A DNA stretch of 64,000 nt, taken from Comamonas sp. (GTDB lineage: Bacteria; Pseudomonadota; Gammaproteobacteria; Burkholderiales; Burkholderiaceae_C). The stretch covers positions 20,265 through 84,264 of the forward strand of contig JBEBOZ010000005.1 of NCBI GenBank assembly GCA_040396175.1, in the 5' to 3' direction. The number at the start of each line of letters is the position of its first letter. The stretch's first letter is position 1. Shown here piece after piece: positions 19,810-29,476 of the stretch. The position numbers were made by a program, and so were the translations under genes. The notes under the pieces are model-generated. The model did not search any database, was not told the DNA's origin, and worked only from the letters and a program-made list of their open reading frames with translations.

Positions 19810-21902
19810 GCGGATGCACCTTTAAGAATGGGACCAATGCGGATGGTGTGCGTTTCGGGGATCTCGCTGTGGGCGAGCACCTGCAGTCGAGGAGCGACAC
19901 GGCGCACCAACTTGGCAATGGTGTTGCGAATGGAGTCTGGAACCAGCAGGCAGGCGGGCATGCCCATTTCTTCCTGGCGGTTGGCCACTTCGGCGGCGCG
20001 CTGGGTCAGGACGTCGGCGACGCCGGGGTCCAGCGAGGGCGCTGCGGGGTTGGCCAGGGCCTGAACCAGCAGGCGTTCCAGGCCGGGCTCGATGGCGATC
20101 ACGTTCAGTTCGCGGGTCGGGCCGTAAATTTGTTGGACGATGGCGGGCGACAGCGCAATGCGCACGCGGCGGGCCAGTTCCATGGGGTCCTGGGTCGAGC
20201 CTGCATGCTCGGCCAGCGTTTCGATGATGGTGCGGATGTCACGGATGTGCACCGAGTCCTCCAGCAGCAGCTGGAGCACTTTTTGGAACGTCGTGATGGA
20301 CACCATTTTGGGAATGACTTCTTCGATCAGCTTGGGTGCCAACTTGGCAACATGCTCCACCAGCTGCTGCACCTCAGTGCGGCTGAGCAGCTTGGAAGCC
20401 TGGACTTGCATCAAGTGTGACAAATGCGTCGCCATCACAGTTTCCGAATCAACGACCGTAAAACCAGCCATTTGCGCCGCTTCCTTCTGGCGCTCATCGA
20501 TCCAGTGGGCCGGCAGTCCGAAAGCGGGGTCGGTGGTGGGGGTTCCGATCAGCGGCGTGCTGATGCCACCCGGGTTGATGGCCAAGTACATGCCGGGGAA
20601 GGCTTCGCCTTCGCCCACCATCACGCCGCGCAGGGTGATGCGGTAGGCGCTGGGCTTGAGCTCCAGGTTGTCGCGCACATGCACGGCCGGGGGCAGAAAG
20701 CCCACTTCCTGTGCGAACTTGCGGCGCACGCCCTTGATGCGGGTCAGCAGGTCGCCCTGGCGGCCCTTGTCCACCAGGGTGATCAGGCGGTAGCCCAGCT
20801 CCAGGCCCAGCAGGTCCACGGGCTGCAGGTCGTCCCAGGTGGCTTCGCCGTCGCTGGGCGCGGCCACGGGTGCGGGCGCCTGGGCCTGCTGGGAGGCGCG
20901 CTCCTGCTGGCGGCGCGAGAGCATCCAGGCCAGCCAGCCCAGCAGCGCGCCCGTGCACAGGAAAACGACGTGCGGCATGCCCGGAATGACGCCCAGCAGG
21001 CCCAGCACGCCGGCCGTGATGCCCAGTACCTTGGGCGACATGAACAGCTGCTGCGCGATCTGCTGGCCCATGTCGGTTTCCTTGCCCACGCGCGAGATCA
21101 CCATGGCCGCGGCCACCGAGATCAGCAGGCCGGGGATCTGCGCGACCAGCGCATCGCCCACGGCCAGCAGGATGTAGCTGTCGGCGGCCTGGCCGGCCGA
21201 CAGGCCGTGCTGGATCATGCCGATGGCGAAGCCGCCGATGATGTTGATCACCAGGATCAGGATGCCGGCGACCGCGTCGCCGCGCACGAACTTGCTGGCA
21301 CCGTCCATGGAGCCGAAGAAATTGGCCTCTTCCTGCACCTCGGCGCGGCGGCGCTTGGCTTCCTTTTCGTCGATCAGGCCGGCGTTCAGGTCGGCATCCA
21401 CGGCCATCTGCTTGCCGGGCATGGCGTCCAGGGTGAAGCGGGCCGAGACTTCGGCGATACGCTCGGCACCCTTGGTGATCACCACGAAGTTGATCACCAC
21501 CAGGATGGCGAACACGATCAGACCCACGGCAAAGTTGCCACCGATCAGGAAGTGGCCGAAGGCCTCGATCACCGCACCCGCCGCGCCGGGGCCGGTATGT
21601 CCTTCCATCAGCACCACCCGGGTGGAGGCTACGTTCAGCGACAGGCGCATCAGGGTGGTCAGCAGCAGCACCGAAGGGAAGGCCGCAAAGTCCAGTGGCT
21701 TGATCATGTAGGCCGCCACCATCATCACCATCAATGCAATGGCGATGTTCAGCGTGAAGAAGGTGTCCAGCAACCAGGGTGGAATGGGCAGCACCATCAG
21801 CGCCAGGATGGCAATGACCAGAATCGGGGCCGACATGCCCTGCAGCGCACTGCCATGCTTGCCTGCCATCTGCTGGATGTTCTTGATCATTGCGGAGCTC
21901 AT
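19806..21902 (-). CDS. flhA: Export gate protein FlhA
   Basis: AEVSARFTLDAMPGKQMAVDADL, GSMDGASKFVRGD. Confidence 0.98.
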   Translation of the reverse strand: MSSAMIKNIQQMAGKHGSALQGMSAPILVIAILALMVLPIPPWLLDTFFTLNIAIALMVMMVAAYMIKPLDFAAFPSVLLLTTLMRLSLNVASTRVVLMEGHTGPGAAGAVIEAFGHFLIGGNFAVGLIVFAILVVINFVVITKGAERIAEVSARFTLDAMPGKQMAVDADLNAGLIDEKEAKRRRAEVQEEANFFGSMDGASKFVRGDAVAGILILVINIIGGFAIGMIQHGLSAGQAADSYILLAVGDALVAQIPGLLISVAAAMVISRVGKETDMGQQIAQQLFMSPKVLGITAGVLGLLGVIPGMPHVVFLCTGALLGWLAWMLSRRQQERASQQAQAPAPVAAPSDGEATWDDLQPVDLLGLELGYRLITLVDKGRQGDLLTRIKGVRRKFAQEVGFLPPAVHVRDNLELKPSAYRITLRGVMVGEGEAFPGMYLAINPGGISTPLIGTPTTDPAFGLPAHWIDERQKEAAQMAGFTVVDSETVMATHLSHLMQVQASKLLSRTEVQQLVEHVAKLAPKLIEEVIPKMVSITTFQKVLQLLLEDSVHIRDIRTIIETLAEHAGSTQDPMELARRVRIALSPAIVQQIYGPTRELNVIAIEPGLERLLVQALANPAAPSLDPGVADVLTQRAAEVANRQEEMGMPACLLVPDSIRNTIAKLVRRVAPRLQVLAHSEIPETHTIRIGPILKGASA

Positions 21903-23071
21903 GGTGCGGTGCTTTCCGTGGTGGATTCAGGGGCGGTGCGCAGCTTGGTGTGCGGGTCCAATTCAGGCGGGACTGGCGGTTGCACCAGTTCGCCCGGGGG
22001 CGGGGCTTCGCCGCGCAGCGAGGCCTTGAGACGGTAGACATAGGCCAGCACCTGGGCCACGGCGGTGTACAGCGTGGACGGGATGGCTTGGTCGAGTTCG
22101 GCGTTGGCGTAGAGCGCACGGGCCAGCATGGGCGATTCGAGCACTGGAATGTCGTGGGCCTTGGCCACTTCGCGGATCTTCAGTGCCACCAGATCGGCTC
22201 CCATGGCGATCACCTGGGGGGCGGCCATGGTGGCTTCGTCGTAGCGCAGGGCCACGGCGTAGTGGGTGGGGTTGGTGACCACGAAGTCGGCCTTGGGCAC
22301 GCGGGAGACGGAAGCGCGGTGTGCCATTTCACGCTGTTTCTGGCGGATCTTGCCCTTGACTTCAGGGCTGCCTTCGGATTCCTTGTGTTCCTGCTTGACT
22401 TCCTGGTGGCTCATCTTCAGGCGGCGCTTGAACAGGAAGTTTTGCAGCGGCACATCGATGATGGCGACCATGAAGACCACCACCAGCATCAAGGCCATGC
22501 CGCCGGCAATCCAGTCGCCCACCTTGGACAGCGCCGAGCGGCTGGGCTGCAGGGGCAGGGTGGCCAGTTCGGGAATGCCGGAGCGCAGATAGAACCAGCC
22601 CACGAAGGCCAGCACGATGGTCAGCAGCACATTCTTGGCGGCCGTGACCAACTGCTGCATGGACACCAGGTTCTTGATGCCTGACAGCGGGTTGATGCGG
22701 TTGAATTGGGGGGTGATGGGTTTGAAGCTGAGCACCCAGCCACCGGCCAGCACGCCAGAAATGATGGAGGCGGCCGAAATCAGCACCCCCAGAATCAGCA
22801 CGGCCGTCAGAGCCAGGATGGACATGTCCACCAGGCGTTCCACCATCAGCTGGGGCGACAGGATGGTGCTGGCGTTGAACGACAGCTGGCGCGCCATGGC
22901 TTCGTGCATGTGGCCGACCAGTGAAGGCCCGCCAGCCAGGACCGCCAGCGCGCCGACGCCCATCACCGTCAGGTGACCGAGGTCGCGGGAGCGTGCAGCC
23001 TGACCGTCTTTGCGGGTCTTCTGCAGTTTTCGCTCGGTAGCGGGTAGGTTTTTGTCTTGGCTGGATTCCAT
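21899..23071 (-). CDS. flhB: Export switch protein FlhB
   Basis: NPTH autocleavage motif, EVKQEHKESEGSPEVK. Confidence 0.97.
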   Translation of the reverse strand: MESSQDKNLPATERKLQKTRKDGQAARSRDLGHLTVMGVGALAVLAGGPSLVGHMHEAMARQLSFNASTILSPQLMVERLVDMSILALTAVLILGVLISAASIISGVLAGGWVLSFKPITPQFNRINPLSGIKNLVSMQQLVTAAKNVLLTIVLAFVGWFYLRSGIPELATLPLQPSRSALSKVGDWIAGGMALMLVVVFMVAIIDVPLQNFLFKRRLKMSHQEVKQEHKESEGSPEVKGKIRQKQREMAHRASVSRVPKADFVVTNPTHYAVALRYDEATMAAPQVIAMGADLVALKIREVAKAHDIPVLESPMLARALYANAELDQAIPSTLYTAVAQVLAYVYRLKASLRGEAPPPGELVQPPVPPELDPHTKLRTAPESTTESTAP

Positions 23072-23096
23072 GGCGGCATGGGGGAATGTCCATGCC

Positions 23097-23157
23097 ATTG
23101 TCCGCAGCGGTGTCTGCGGCGATGCCGTGAAAAGCGGGGTCGGGGGCGCGTTATTCC
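23097..23157 (-). promoter_or_regulatory. Class-2 promoter of the flhB operon
   Basis: Minus strand GGAATAA-N17-TTTTCAC-N24-GACAAT. Confidence 0.65.
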
Positions 23158-23362
23158 CGGATAGCGGATGCCGAAAAACCGCTGGAGTCTGCTAGCGTCG
23201 GCAGACATGGGCCTGCTGATGGCTTCCCTAACGGGCGCTTTGCGAGTTGCTACACCCAGTCATCCGCGTGAGCGAGACTGGTGCTTCACGGCGCGGACAT
23301 CGGTGGTGCATGGCTGAACCCCGCCGCAGGATGGAAAAGCCGGGCGGCGGTGCCGCCGCAGC

Positions 23363-24052
23363 TCAGAAACCCAGGCTGGCCAGCAGGTCGTCCACTTCCG
23401 ACTGGGAAGTGACCACGTTGGGGGTGTTGTCCGGGTCCACCACCGGGCCTTGCAGCGCCGGGTGGCCGTCGGCCGTGAACTCGGGGGCTGGTGCAGCAGG
23501 CTCCACCTCCGGCGCGGCTGCCAACACCGCCGCCGCTGCCGGTGCGCTGTGCACGGGGGCCGTCTGCAGCAGCAGTTCGACCAGCTGCTCTTCCAGGCTG
23601 GACGTGAGCTTGACCACCTTGGCGATCACCTGGCCGGTCAGGTCATGGAAGTCCTGGGCCATCATGATTTCGGTCAGACGGCTGTCCAGGCGGGCGTTGG
23701 CCGCATCCATGGCTTCCAGGTGGTTCATCACATGGCCTTTGGCCACGGCCGCCACGGGATCGGCCACCAGGGCCTCACGCATTTTCTGCGTCTGCTCCAC
23801 GATCTGGCTGTGTTCGTCCTTGGCCGTATCCACAATGCCCAGCACCTTTTCCGCTGCTTCGCCGGTCAGGCGGGCGATGTAGGTCAGGCGGCTTTGGGCA
23901 TCCGGCAGGGCATTCACGGAGCCCTGGAGACGGTCGGCGTAGCCGAGTTCTCGCAGCGAATCGTGCAACTGCCGGGTCAGCAGGCCCAGCTTGTTGTGCA
24001 CATCTCCCTGGTCGTAACCCCCGGGGAGAGGTGTATTCGGCGCTTCATCCAT
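23363..24052 (-). CDS. cheZ: CheY-P phosphatase CheZ
   Basis: IMMAQDFHDLTGQVI, SQSEVDDLLASLGF. Confidence 0.96.
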   Translation of the reverse strand: MDEAPNTPLPGGYDQGDVHNKLGLLTRQLHDSLRELGYADRLQGSVNALPDAQSRLTYIARLTGEAAEKVLGIVDTAKDEHSQIVEQTQKMREALVADPVAAVAKGHVMNHLEAMDAANARLDSRLTEIMMAQDFHDLTGQVIAKVVKLTSSLEEQLVELLLQTAPVHSAPAAAAVLAAAPEVEPAAPAPEFTADGHPALQGPVVDPDNTPNVVTSQSEVDDLLASLGF

Positions 24053-24056
24053 GGGC

Positions 24057-24443
24057 TTACATCCCCATCTTTTTCAGCACCAGATTGACTTTTTCTTCCA
24101 GCGTGGCCTTGGTGAAAGGCTTGACGATGTAACCTGCAGCGCCACCCTGGGCGGCCGCCACGATGTCTTCCTTGCGGGCTTCGGCGGTCACCATCAGCAC
24201 CGGCAGGTGCTTGAGCTTCTCGTCGGCCTTGATTTCGGTCAGCAACTGGAACCCGTTCATATTGGGCATGTTGATGTCGGTCACCACGAAGTCGAACTTG
24301 CTGTTGCGCAGCTTGTGCAGGGCTACCACGCCATCTTCGGCCTCATCGGCTTCGGTGAAGCCGCTTTCCTTGAGCAGATTGCGCACGATACGGCGCATGG
24401 TGGAGAAGTCGTCAACGATCAAAAAGCGAAGGGGATTGGCCAC
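24057..24443 (-). CDS. cheY: Chemotaxis response regulator CheY (enteric-type)
   Basis: [25 protein letters not shown]; GTG start. Confidence 0.96.
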   Translation of the reverse strand: MANPLRFLIVDDFSTMRRIVRNLLKESGFTEADEAEDGVVALHKLRNSKFDFVVTDINMPNMNGFQLLTEIKADEKLKHLPVLMVTAEARKEDIVAAAQGGAAGYIVKPFTKATLEEKVNLVLKKMGM

Positions 24444-24514
24444 GTGAGGACCCTTTCGGTCGAAATAGCTCTGTTATCAATGATGTGCCGGTGCGCATAC
24501 TAAGCGACAAATTG

Positions 24515-25453
24515 TCACAAAGATGGCGCGCTCGGTACAGGATTGTCCTGCTTATCGGCAGGTTCAATAGGTTCCTTGACCGCATGTTTGCCCAGCAGCC
24601 GTTCTTCGGCCTCATGGGTCAGTACGGTGATGGTGATGCGGCGGTTCTGGGGCGCGCGCGGTTGGTCCGGGTACAGCAGATCGCTGGCAGCCAGGCCCAC
24701 CACGCGGGCCAATTTGTCGTCAGGCATGCCGGATGACACCAATTCGCGGCGCGAGGCATTGGCGCGGTCGGAGGATAGCTCCCAGTTGCTGTAGCCCCGC
24801 TGGCCATTGCCATAGGGGGCCGAGTCGGTGTGGCCGGCCAGGCTGATGCGGTTTTCCACCCCGCCCATGGCAGTCCCCACTTCGCGCAGGATGTCGCGCA
24901 TATAGGGCTTGAGGATGGCGCTGCCGATGTCGAACATGGGACGGTTCTGTTCGTCCACAATCTGGATCTGCAGGCCGTCAGGGGTGACATCGATGCGGAT
25001 CTGCGACTTGTATTCGTTCAGCGTGGCATTGCTGCTGATCATGGCGTCGATCTTGGCGCGCAGGGATTTGATGCGCTGGGCATCCTGCTGCGCGCGGATC
25101 TGGCGCGATGTGCTGTCCATCTTGCGGCGGTCGTTGTTTTCGTCCGCGTCGGAGCGGCGGATCTGACCGTGCACCTTGGCCAGGTCATTGCCGCCGCCAG
25201 GAATGATGCTGGAGCTGTTGCCCGAGCCATCGCCGCCGGCCATCGAGACCTTCAGCGGCGAATTGAAATAGGCCGCAATCCCCTGCAGATCGCCTTTGGC
25301 GGTGGAGCCCAGCAGCCACATCAGCAGGAAGAAGGCCATCATGGCCGTCATGAAGTCAGCGTAGGCAATCTTCCAGGCTCCGCCATGCGCGCCGTGGGCG
25401 GCTTTCTTGACGCGCTTGATGATGATGGGCTGGAGTTTTTTTTCGGTCGCCAT
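24515..25453 (-). CDS. motB: Stator protein MotB
   Basis: WKIAYADFMTAMMAFF, GHTD, NWELSSDRA, NRRI. Confidence 0.97.
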   Translation of the reverse strand: MATEKKLQPIIIKRVKKAAHGAHGGAWKIAYADFMTAMMAFFLLMWLLGSTAKGDLQGIAAYFNSPLKVSMAGGDGSGNSSSIIPGGGNDLAKVHGQIRRSDADENNDRRKMDSTSRQIRAQQDAQRIKSLRAKIDAMISSNATLNEYKSQIRIDVTPDGLQIQIVDEQNRPMFDIGSAILKPYMRDILREVGTAMGGVENRISLAGHTDSAPYGNGQRGYSNWELSSDRANASRRELVSSGMPDDKLARVVGLAASDLLYPDQPRAPQNRRITITVLTHEAEERLLGKHAVKEPIEPADKQDNPVPSAPSL

Positions 25454-25485
25454 GTGCGTGGGCCTTCTTCTTTAGCGCTGGAGGC

Positions 25486-26346
25486 TTACTTCTGGCCCTT
25501 GACGTGCTCTTCCAGCTCCACAAAGCCGGGACGCTCGGTCGAGAACAGCACCTTGCGGCCGAATTCAATGGCTGTGGGCGGGTTGTAGCCCTGCATGCTG
25601 GCGATCAGCGTGCACTTCACGCATTCCAGCTCCTTGGAGCCGTCCTGGAAAATCTGTTCGATCACGCCGGCCAGCGGCTCCACCAGCCCATAGGCCAGCA
25701 AGATGCCGAGGAAGGTCCCCACCAGGGCGGACGCGATCATGCCGCCCAACACGGACGGAGGCTGGCCCACGGAGCCCATGGTGTTCACCACCCCCAGCAC
25801 CGCGGCCACGATACCGAAGGCGGGCAGCGCACCCGCCAAACGTTGCAAGGCTGCAACAGGGCGGTGGGTTTCCTGGTGGTGGGCTTCGATTTCGTTCTCC
25901 ATCAGCGTCTCAATTTCGTGCGAATTGAGATTGCCGGAGACCATCATCCGCAGGTAGTCGGTGATGAATTCCACCAGATGGTGGTCGGCCAGGATGTCAG
26001 GGTACTTCTGGAACAACGGCGATTCGTTGGGCTCTTCCACGTCCGACTCGATCGCCATCAGGCCTTCCTTGCGGGCCTTCTGCAGCAGGTCGTACAGCAG
26101 GGCCAGCAGGCTCATGAACCGGGCCTTGGTGTACTTGGAGCCTTTGATGGCCAGCGGAATGGCAGCTGCTGTGGCCTTCAGCACCTTGGGCTGATTGCTC
26201 ACGATGAAGGCGCCAAACGCCCCGCCACCAATGGTGGCCATTTCAAAAGGCAGTGCCTTGCCCAGCACGGACATGTTGCCACCGTGCAGAGCGTAGACGC
26301 CGAAGATGCAGCCGAAGGCCACGAGGTAACCGATGAGGACAAGCAT
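25486..26346 (-). CDS. motA: Stator protein MotA
   Basis: ALPAFGIVAAVLGVV, ALVGTFLGILLAYG, EFGRK. Confidence 0.97.
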   Translation of the reverse strand: MLVLIGYLVAFGCIFGVYALHGGNMSVLGKALPFEMATIGGGAFGAFIVSNQPKVLKATAAAIPLAIKGSKYTKARFMSLLALLYDLLQKARKEGLMAIESDVEEPNESPLFQKYPDILADHHLVEFITDYLRMMVSGNLNSHEIETLMENEIEAHHQETHRPVAALQRLAGALPAFGIVAAVLGVVNTMGSVGQPPSVLGGMIASALVGTFLGILLAYGLVEPLAGVIEQIFQDGSKELECVKCTLIASMQGYNPPTAIEFGRKVLFSTERPGFVELEEHVKGQK

Positions 26347-26353
26347 GGGGAGG

Positions 26354-26445
26354 ATTCTGTCAGTCAGCAGGCCGAGCTAAGGGGGAAGAAGCGGCGGAAA
26401 AATGCGCATCTTCGGCGCTTGGGGAGGATCTTATCGAGGGAGACT
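26354..26445. promoter_or_regulatory. Divergent class-2 promoter pair for motA and the glycosyltransferase
   Basis: GGAAGAA(26384)-N17-ATCTTCG(26408); minus -10 CAGAAT at 24 nt, plus -10-like GAGACT at 25 nt. Confidence 0.55.
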
Positions 26446-26506
26446 TGGCTAGGCTAGAAGTGTATTCTGGTCAACAGATATTTCGATTTCTTTCATCACT
26501 TGCTAT

Positions 26507-28162
26507 ATGACAACGCTTGATCAAGCTGTGGTTGCTTCCGAGCCGGTGCCGGCCCTCTCCCATGCGCTGCATGACATCAATGTCAGGCTGGTAGGGCAGA
26601 ACAAGTTCCTGCCGGCGCTGACCGAGCTCATGTGCCTGGCCAAGGACCATGTGATGAGCGCCAACCTGTGGGTATTGATCGGCGTGGTGTACGCACGGAT
26701 GTCGAATTGGTCGGCTGCCATCGGGGCGCTGGAAACGGCCATTGCGCTGGATGAGCGGGCGCAAGGCGCACACCAGCTGATGGCACTGTCGGTGTTCAGC
26801 ATTGGCCGGCGCGAACAAGCCTGTCAGATGGTGGATGAGGCGTGCAAGCGCTCTTCGGAAAACAACGCCTGGCTGCTGCGTGCCTATATCCATGCCCACT
26901 CCTCCCGCAGCCCGGAGGTGGCGCTGAAGGTGGCTCAGGACTGGGGACGCCGTTTTGCCGATCCGCTCACTCGCAAGGCCAAGCCCCTGGTCGTTGGGGA
27001 TCGGAATCCCCGGAAAAAACTAAAAATCGGTTACGTCACAGCCGATTTTCGGGAGCATTCGGTAGCGTTCTTTATGTTGCCGGTACTGAAATTTCATAAT
27101 CAGGATGAGTATGAAATTCATGTGTACTCGAATGGACCATGGGACCATTACACGCCGCAGCTGCGTATGCATGTGCAGTACTGGGAAGATGTTATCGGGC
27201 TTTCCGATAAGGACCTTCATCAGAAAATCCGGGATGATCAAATCGATGTGCTGGTTGATTTGTCTGGTTTCACGCACGGCCACAGACTGGGCGTCTTTGC
27301 ACAAAGAGCGGCACCTGTGCAGGTGACGTGGGTGGGGTATATGCAGACCTTGGGTATGAAGGCCATGGATTATCGTCTGGTGGACAATGGGGTCGCACCG
27401 CCCAGCCATGCACCTTATTATTCCGAAGCGCTATTCCAGATGCCGTTTTCAGGGTGTTATGCCCCTCCCGTGTATGCACCGTTGTGTGAGACGTTGCCGA
27501 TGGAGCGCAACGGCTATCCGACGCTGGTTTCACCGAACAGCTCTGCAAAGATCACAGACGAAATGCTGGCGGTATGGTCCAAGATCCTTCATGCACGCGA
27601 AGATGCCCGGCTGATCATCTTGGTCAAGGAGCTGGATGCCGATGCCGCTCAGGCTGACATGCAGCCCCGTGTAGAGGCTGCTGGAATGCCGTTGGACCGT
27701 GTTTTTGTGATGCAGCAGCAGCCTTTGAACAATTTCATGGAGCTGGGTCACATTGCCGACATCATGCTGGATACCGCTCCTATGTCGGGAGGTACCACGG
27801 TTTTCCATGCGCTGTGGATGGGACTGACGGTGGTCTCCATGGATGCAGAGCGCGGGGTGGATGTCGTGGCGGCCCGTATTTTGCGAACGGTCGGGGCTGA
27901 TGCGGAAATCACGCGCAACACCGATGAATATATACAGGCGGTTTTGGATTTGATGAATGATCCGGAGCGATTGTTGCGCCAGCGTCTGGGTGCGCGCGAG
28001 CAAATGCAGAACTGCGGGTATATGAATTTCGCAGAACGAACTGCGGACGTGGAGAAATCCTTCCGCCTGATGTGGATCAACTGGCTGCGCGGCAATAAAA
28101 AAATCCTGGATACGCAAGTTGATATGGATGCCTTGTTGCAGGAAATGGAGCCAGCGCTATGA
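26507..28162 (+). CDS. TPR-containing GT41 (O-GlcNAc transferase/SPINDLY-like) glycosyltransferase, probable flagellin glycosyltransferase
   Basis: KIGYVTADFREHSV, IDVLVDLSGFT, APVQVTWVGY, LDTAPMSGGTT; N-terminal TPR-like helices. Confidence 0.88.
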   Translation: MTTLDQAVVASEPVPALSHALHDINVRLVGQNKFLPALTELMCLAKDHVMSANLWVLIGVVYARMSNWSAAIGALETAIALDERAQGAHQLMALSVFSIGRREQACQMVDEACKRSSENNAWLLRAYIHAHSSRSPEVALKVAQDWGRRFADPLTRKAKPLVVGDRNPRKKLKIGYVTADFREHSVAFFMLPVLKFHNQDEYEIHVYSNGPWDHYTPQLRMHVQYWEDVIGLSDKDLHQKIRDDQIDVLVDLSGFTHGHRLGVFAQRAAPVQVTWVGYMQTLGMKAMDYRLVDNGVAPPSHAPYYSEALFQMPFSGCYAPPVYAPLCETLPMERNGYPTLVSPNSSAKITDEMLAVWSKILHAREDARLIILVKELDADAAQADMQPRVEAAGMPLDRVFVMQQQPLNNFMELGHIADIMLDTAPMSGGTTVFHALWMGLTVVSMDAERGVDVVAARILRTVGADAEITRNTDEYIQAVLDLMNDPERLLRQRLGAREQMQNCGYMNFAERTADVEKSFRLMWINWLRGNKKILDTQVDMDALLQEMEPAL

Positions 28163-29358
28163 AAACAGATACGGCGCAGGAATTGGAGCGGATTCCATTA
28201 TTGGTTCCGGACATTCCGGCACCGCAGTATTTATTGCCTTGGCTGGAAAAAGTGCATGCCGCACGGCATTATTCCAATTTCGGCCCTTTGGTGTGTGAGC
28301 TGGAATCCCGCTTTGCGCAACAGTTTGCGCTTCCGCAGACCCACATCACCACCGTGGCCAATGCCACTCTGGGTCTGGAACTGGTGCTGCAAGCGCTCGC
28401 GTTGGCGCCGGGGTCACGCATACTGGTGCCTGCATTCACTTTCGTGGCCACGGCCACTGCCGTGTTGCGTGCGGGCCATATTCCTGTGCTGGCCGATGTG
28501 GATGCACACAGTTGGCTGCTGACGCCGGATATCGCGCGCCAGGCGTGCGTGGGCCGGCAACTCGATGCAGTGCTTGCCGTCGCCACGTTTGGCATGCCGC
28601 ACGATATGCAGGCGTGGCAGCAGTTTGAAGAGGAAACCGGCATTCCCGTGGTGATTGATGCCGCCGCCGCTTACGGCAGCCAATGGTTGCAAGGGGCACA
28701 GGGGACACTGGTTTTCAGCTTGCACGCCACCAAAAGCCTGCCCGCCATCGAGGGCGGGGTCGTGGTTTCTTCCCGTCCGGGATTGGCCGCCAAGGTGCGG
28801 CAGTTGTCCAACTTCGGTATCAATCTGGATGCGGGTTCCGGCCTGCCTTTGGGCTCCCTGTCTGCCACCGGCACCAACGCCAAGATGAGCGAATACCACG
28901 CCGCCGTGTGTCTGGCATCGCTTCAGATCTGGGATCGACGTTCGCTCCAGCGAAAAGCGTTGTATGCCGATTTGGTAGCGGAAATGGACCGCGCCACAGG
29001 GGGGCTGCTGGGTTGGCAGAAACCGGGGGCGGCGGGCGGCATACAGGCGCCTACCCTGCTGTGCGCGCAGTTCCCCGATGAAGCGGCACGCAATCAGGCA
29101 GAGCAAGGGCTAGCCCAGGCCCACATCACCACCCGGCGCTGGTACCAGCCTTTGCTCAGCGACATGGCGGTGCTGCAACAACGTTGCGAGATCTTGGCGG
29201 TTCCCAATGCGCAGAAGCTGTCTCGCACTTTGCTGGGGCTGCCCTTTTTTATGGACATCGCACCGGCGCAGAGGGCACGGGTAGCAGAGGCATTGGCGAG
29301 CTCCGGGCGGCAAGAGGACCTGAAGGAAGCGCCGTCGTTGGCGACTGTTGCGCTCTAG
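28159..29358 (+). CDS. DegT/DnrJ/EryC1/StrS sugar aminotransferase
   Basis: NFGPLV, PAFTFVAT, DAAAAYG, FSLHATKSL, GTNAKMSEYHAA; ATGA overlap with the GT gene. Confidence 0.92.
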   Translation: MKTDTAQELERIPLLVPDIPAPQYLLPWLEKVHAARHYSNFGPLVCELESRFAQQFALPQTHITTVANATLGLELVLQALALAPGSRILVPAFTFVATATAVLRAGHIPVLADVDAHSWLLTPDIARQACVGRQLDAVLAVATFGMPHDMQAWQQFEEETGIPVVIDAAAAYGSQWLQGAQGTLVFSLHATKSLPAIEGGVVVSSRPGLAAKVRQLSNFGINLDAGSGLPLGSLSATGTNAKMSEYHAAVCLASLQIWDRRSLQRKALYADLVAEMDRATGGLLGWQKPGAAGGIQAPTLLCAQFPDEAARNQAEQGLAQAHITTRRWYQPLLSDMAVLQQRCEILAVPNAQKLSRTLLGLPFFMDIAPAQRARVAEALASSGRQEDLKEAPSLATVAL

Positions 29359-29476
29359 CGCTGGCACCGCATGTGCGCCCGTTGCAGCGCATGACGTGCG
29401 CATGGTTCCGGGACCAGCCTCCTGCCCGGAGGCTGACCGGCATCTGCTGCGTGTGGCGGAGCTGTCGCGCTGCGTG

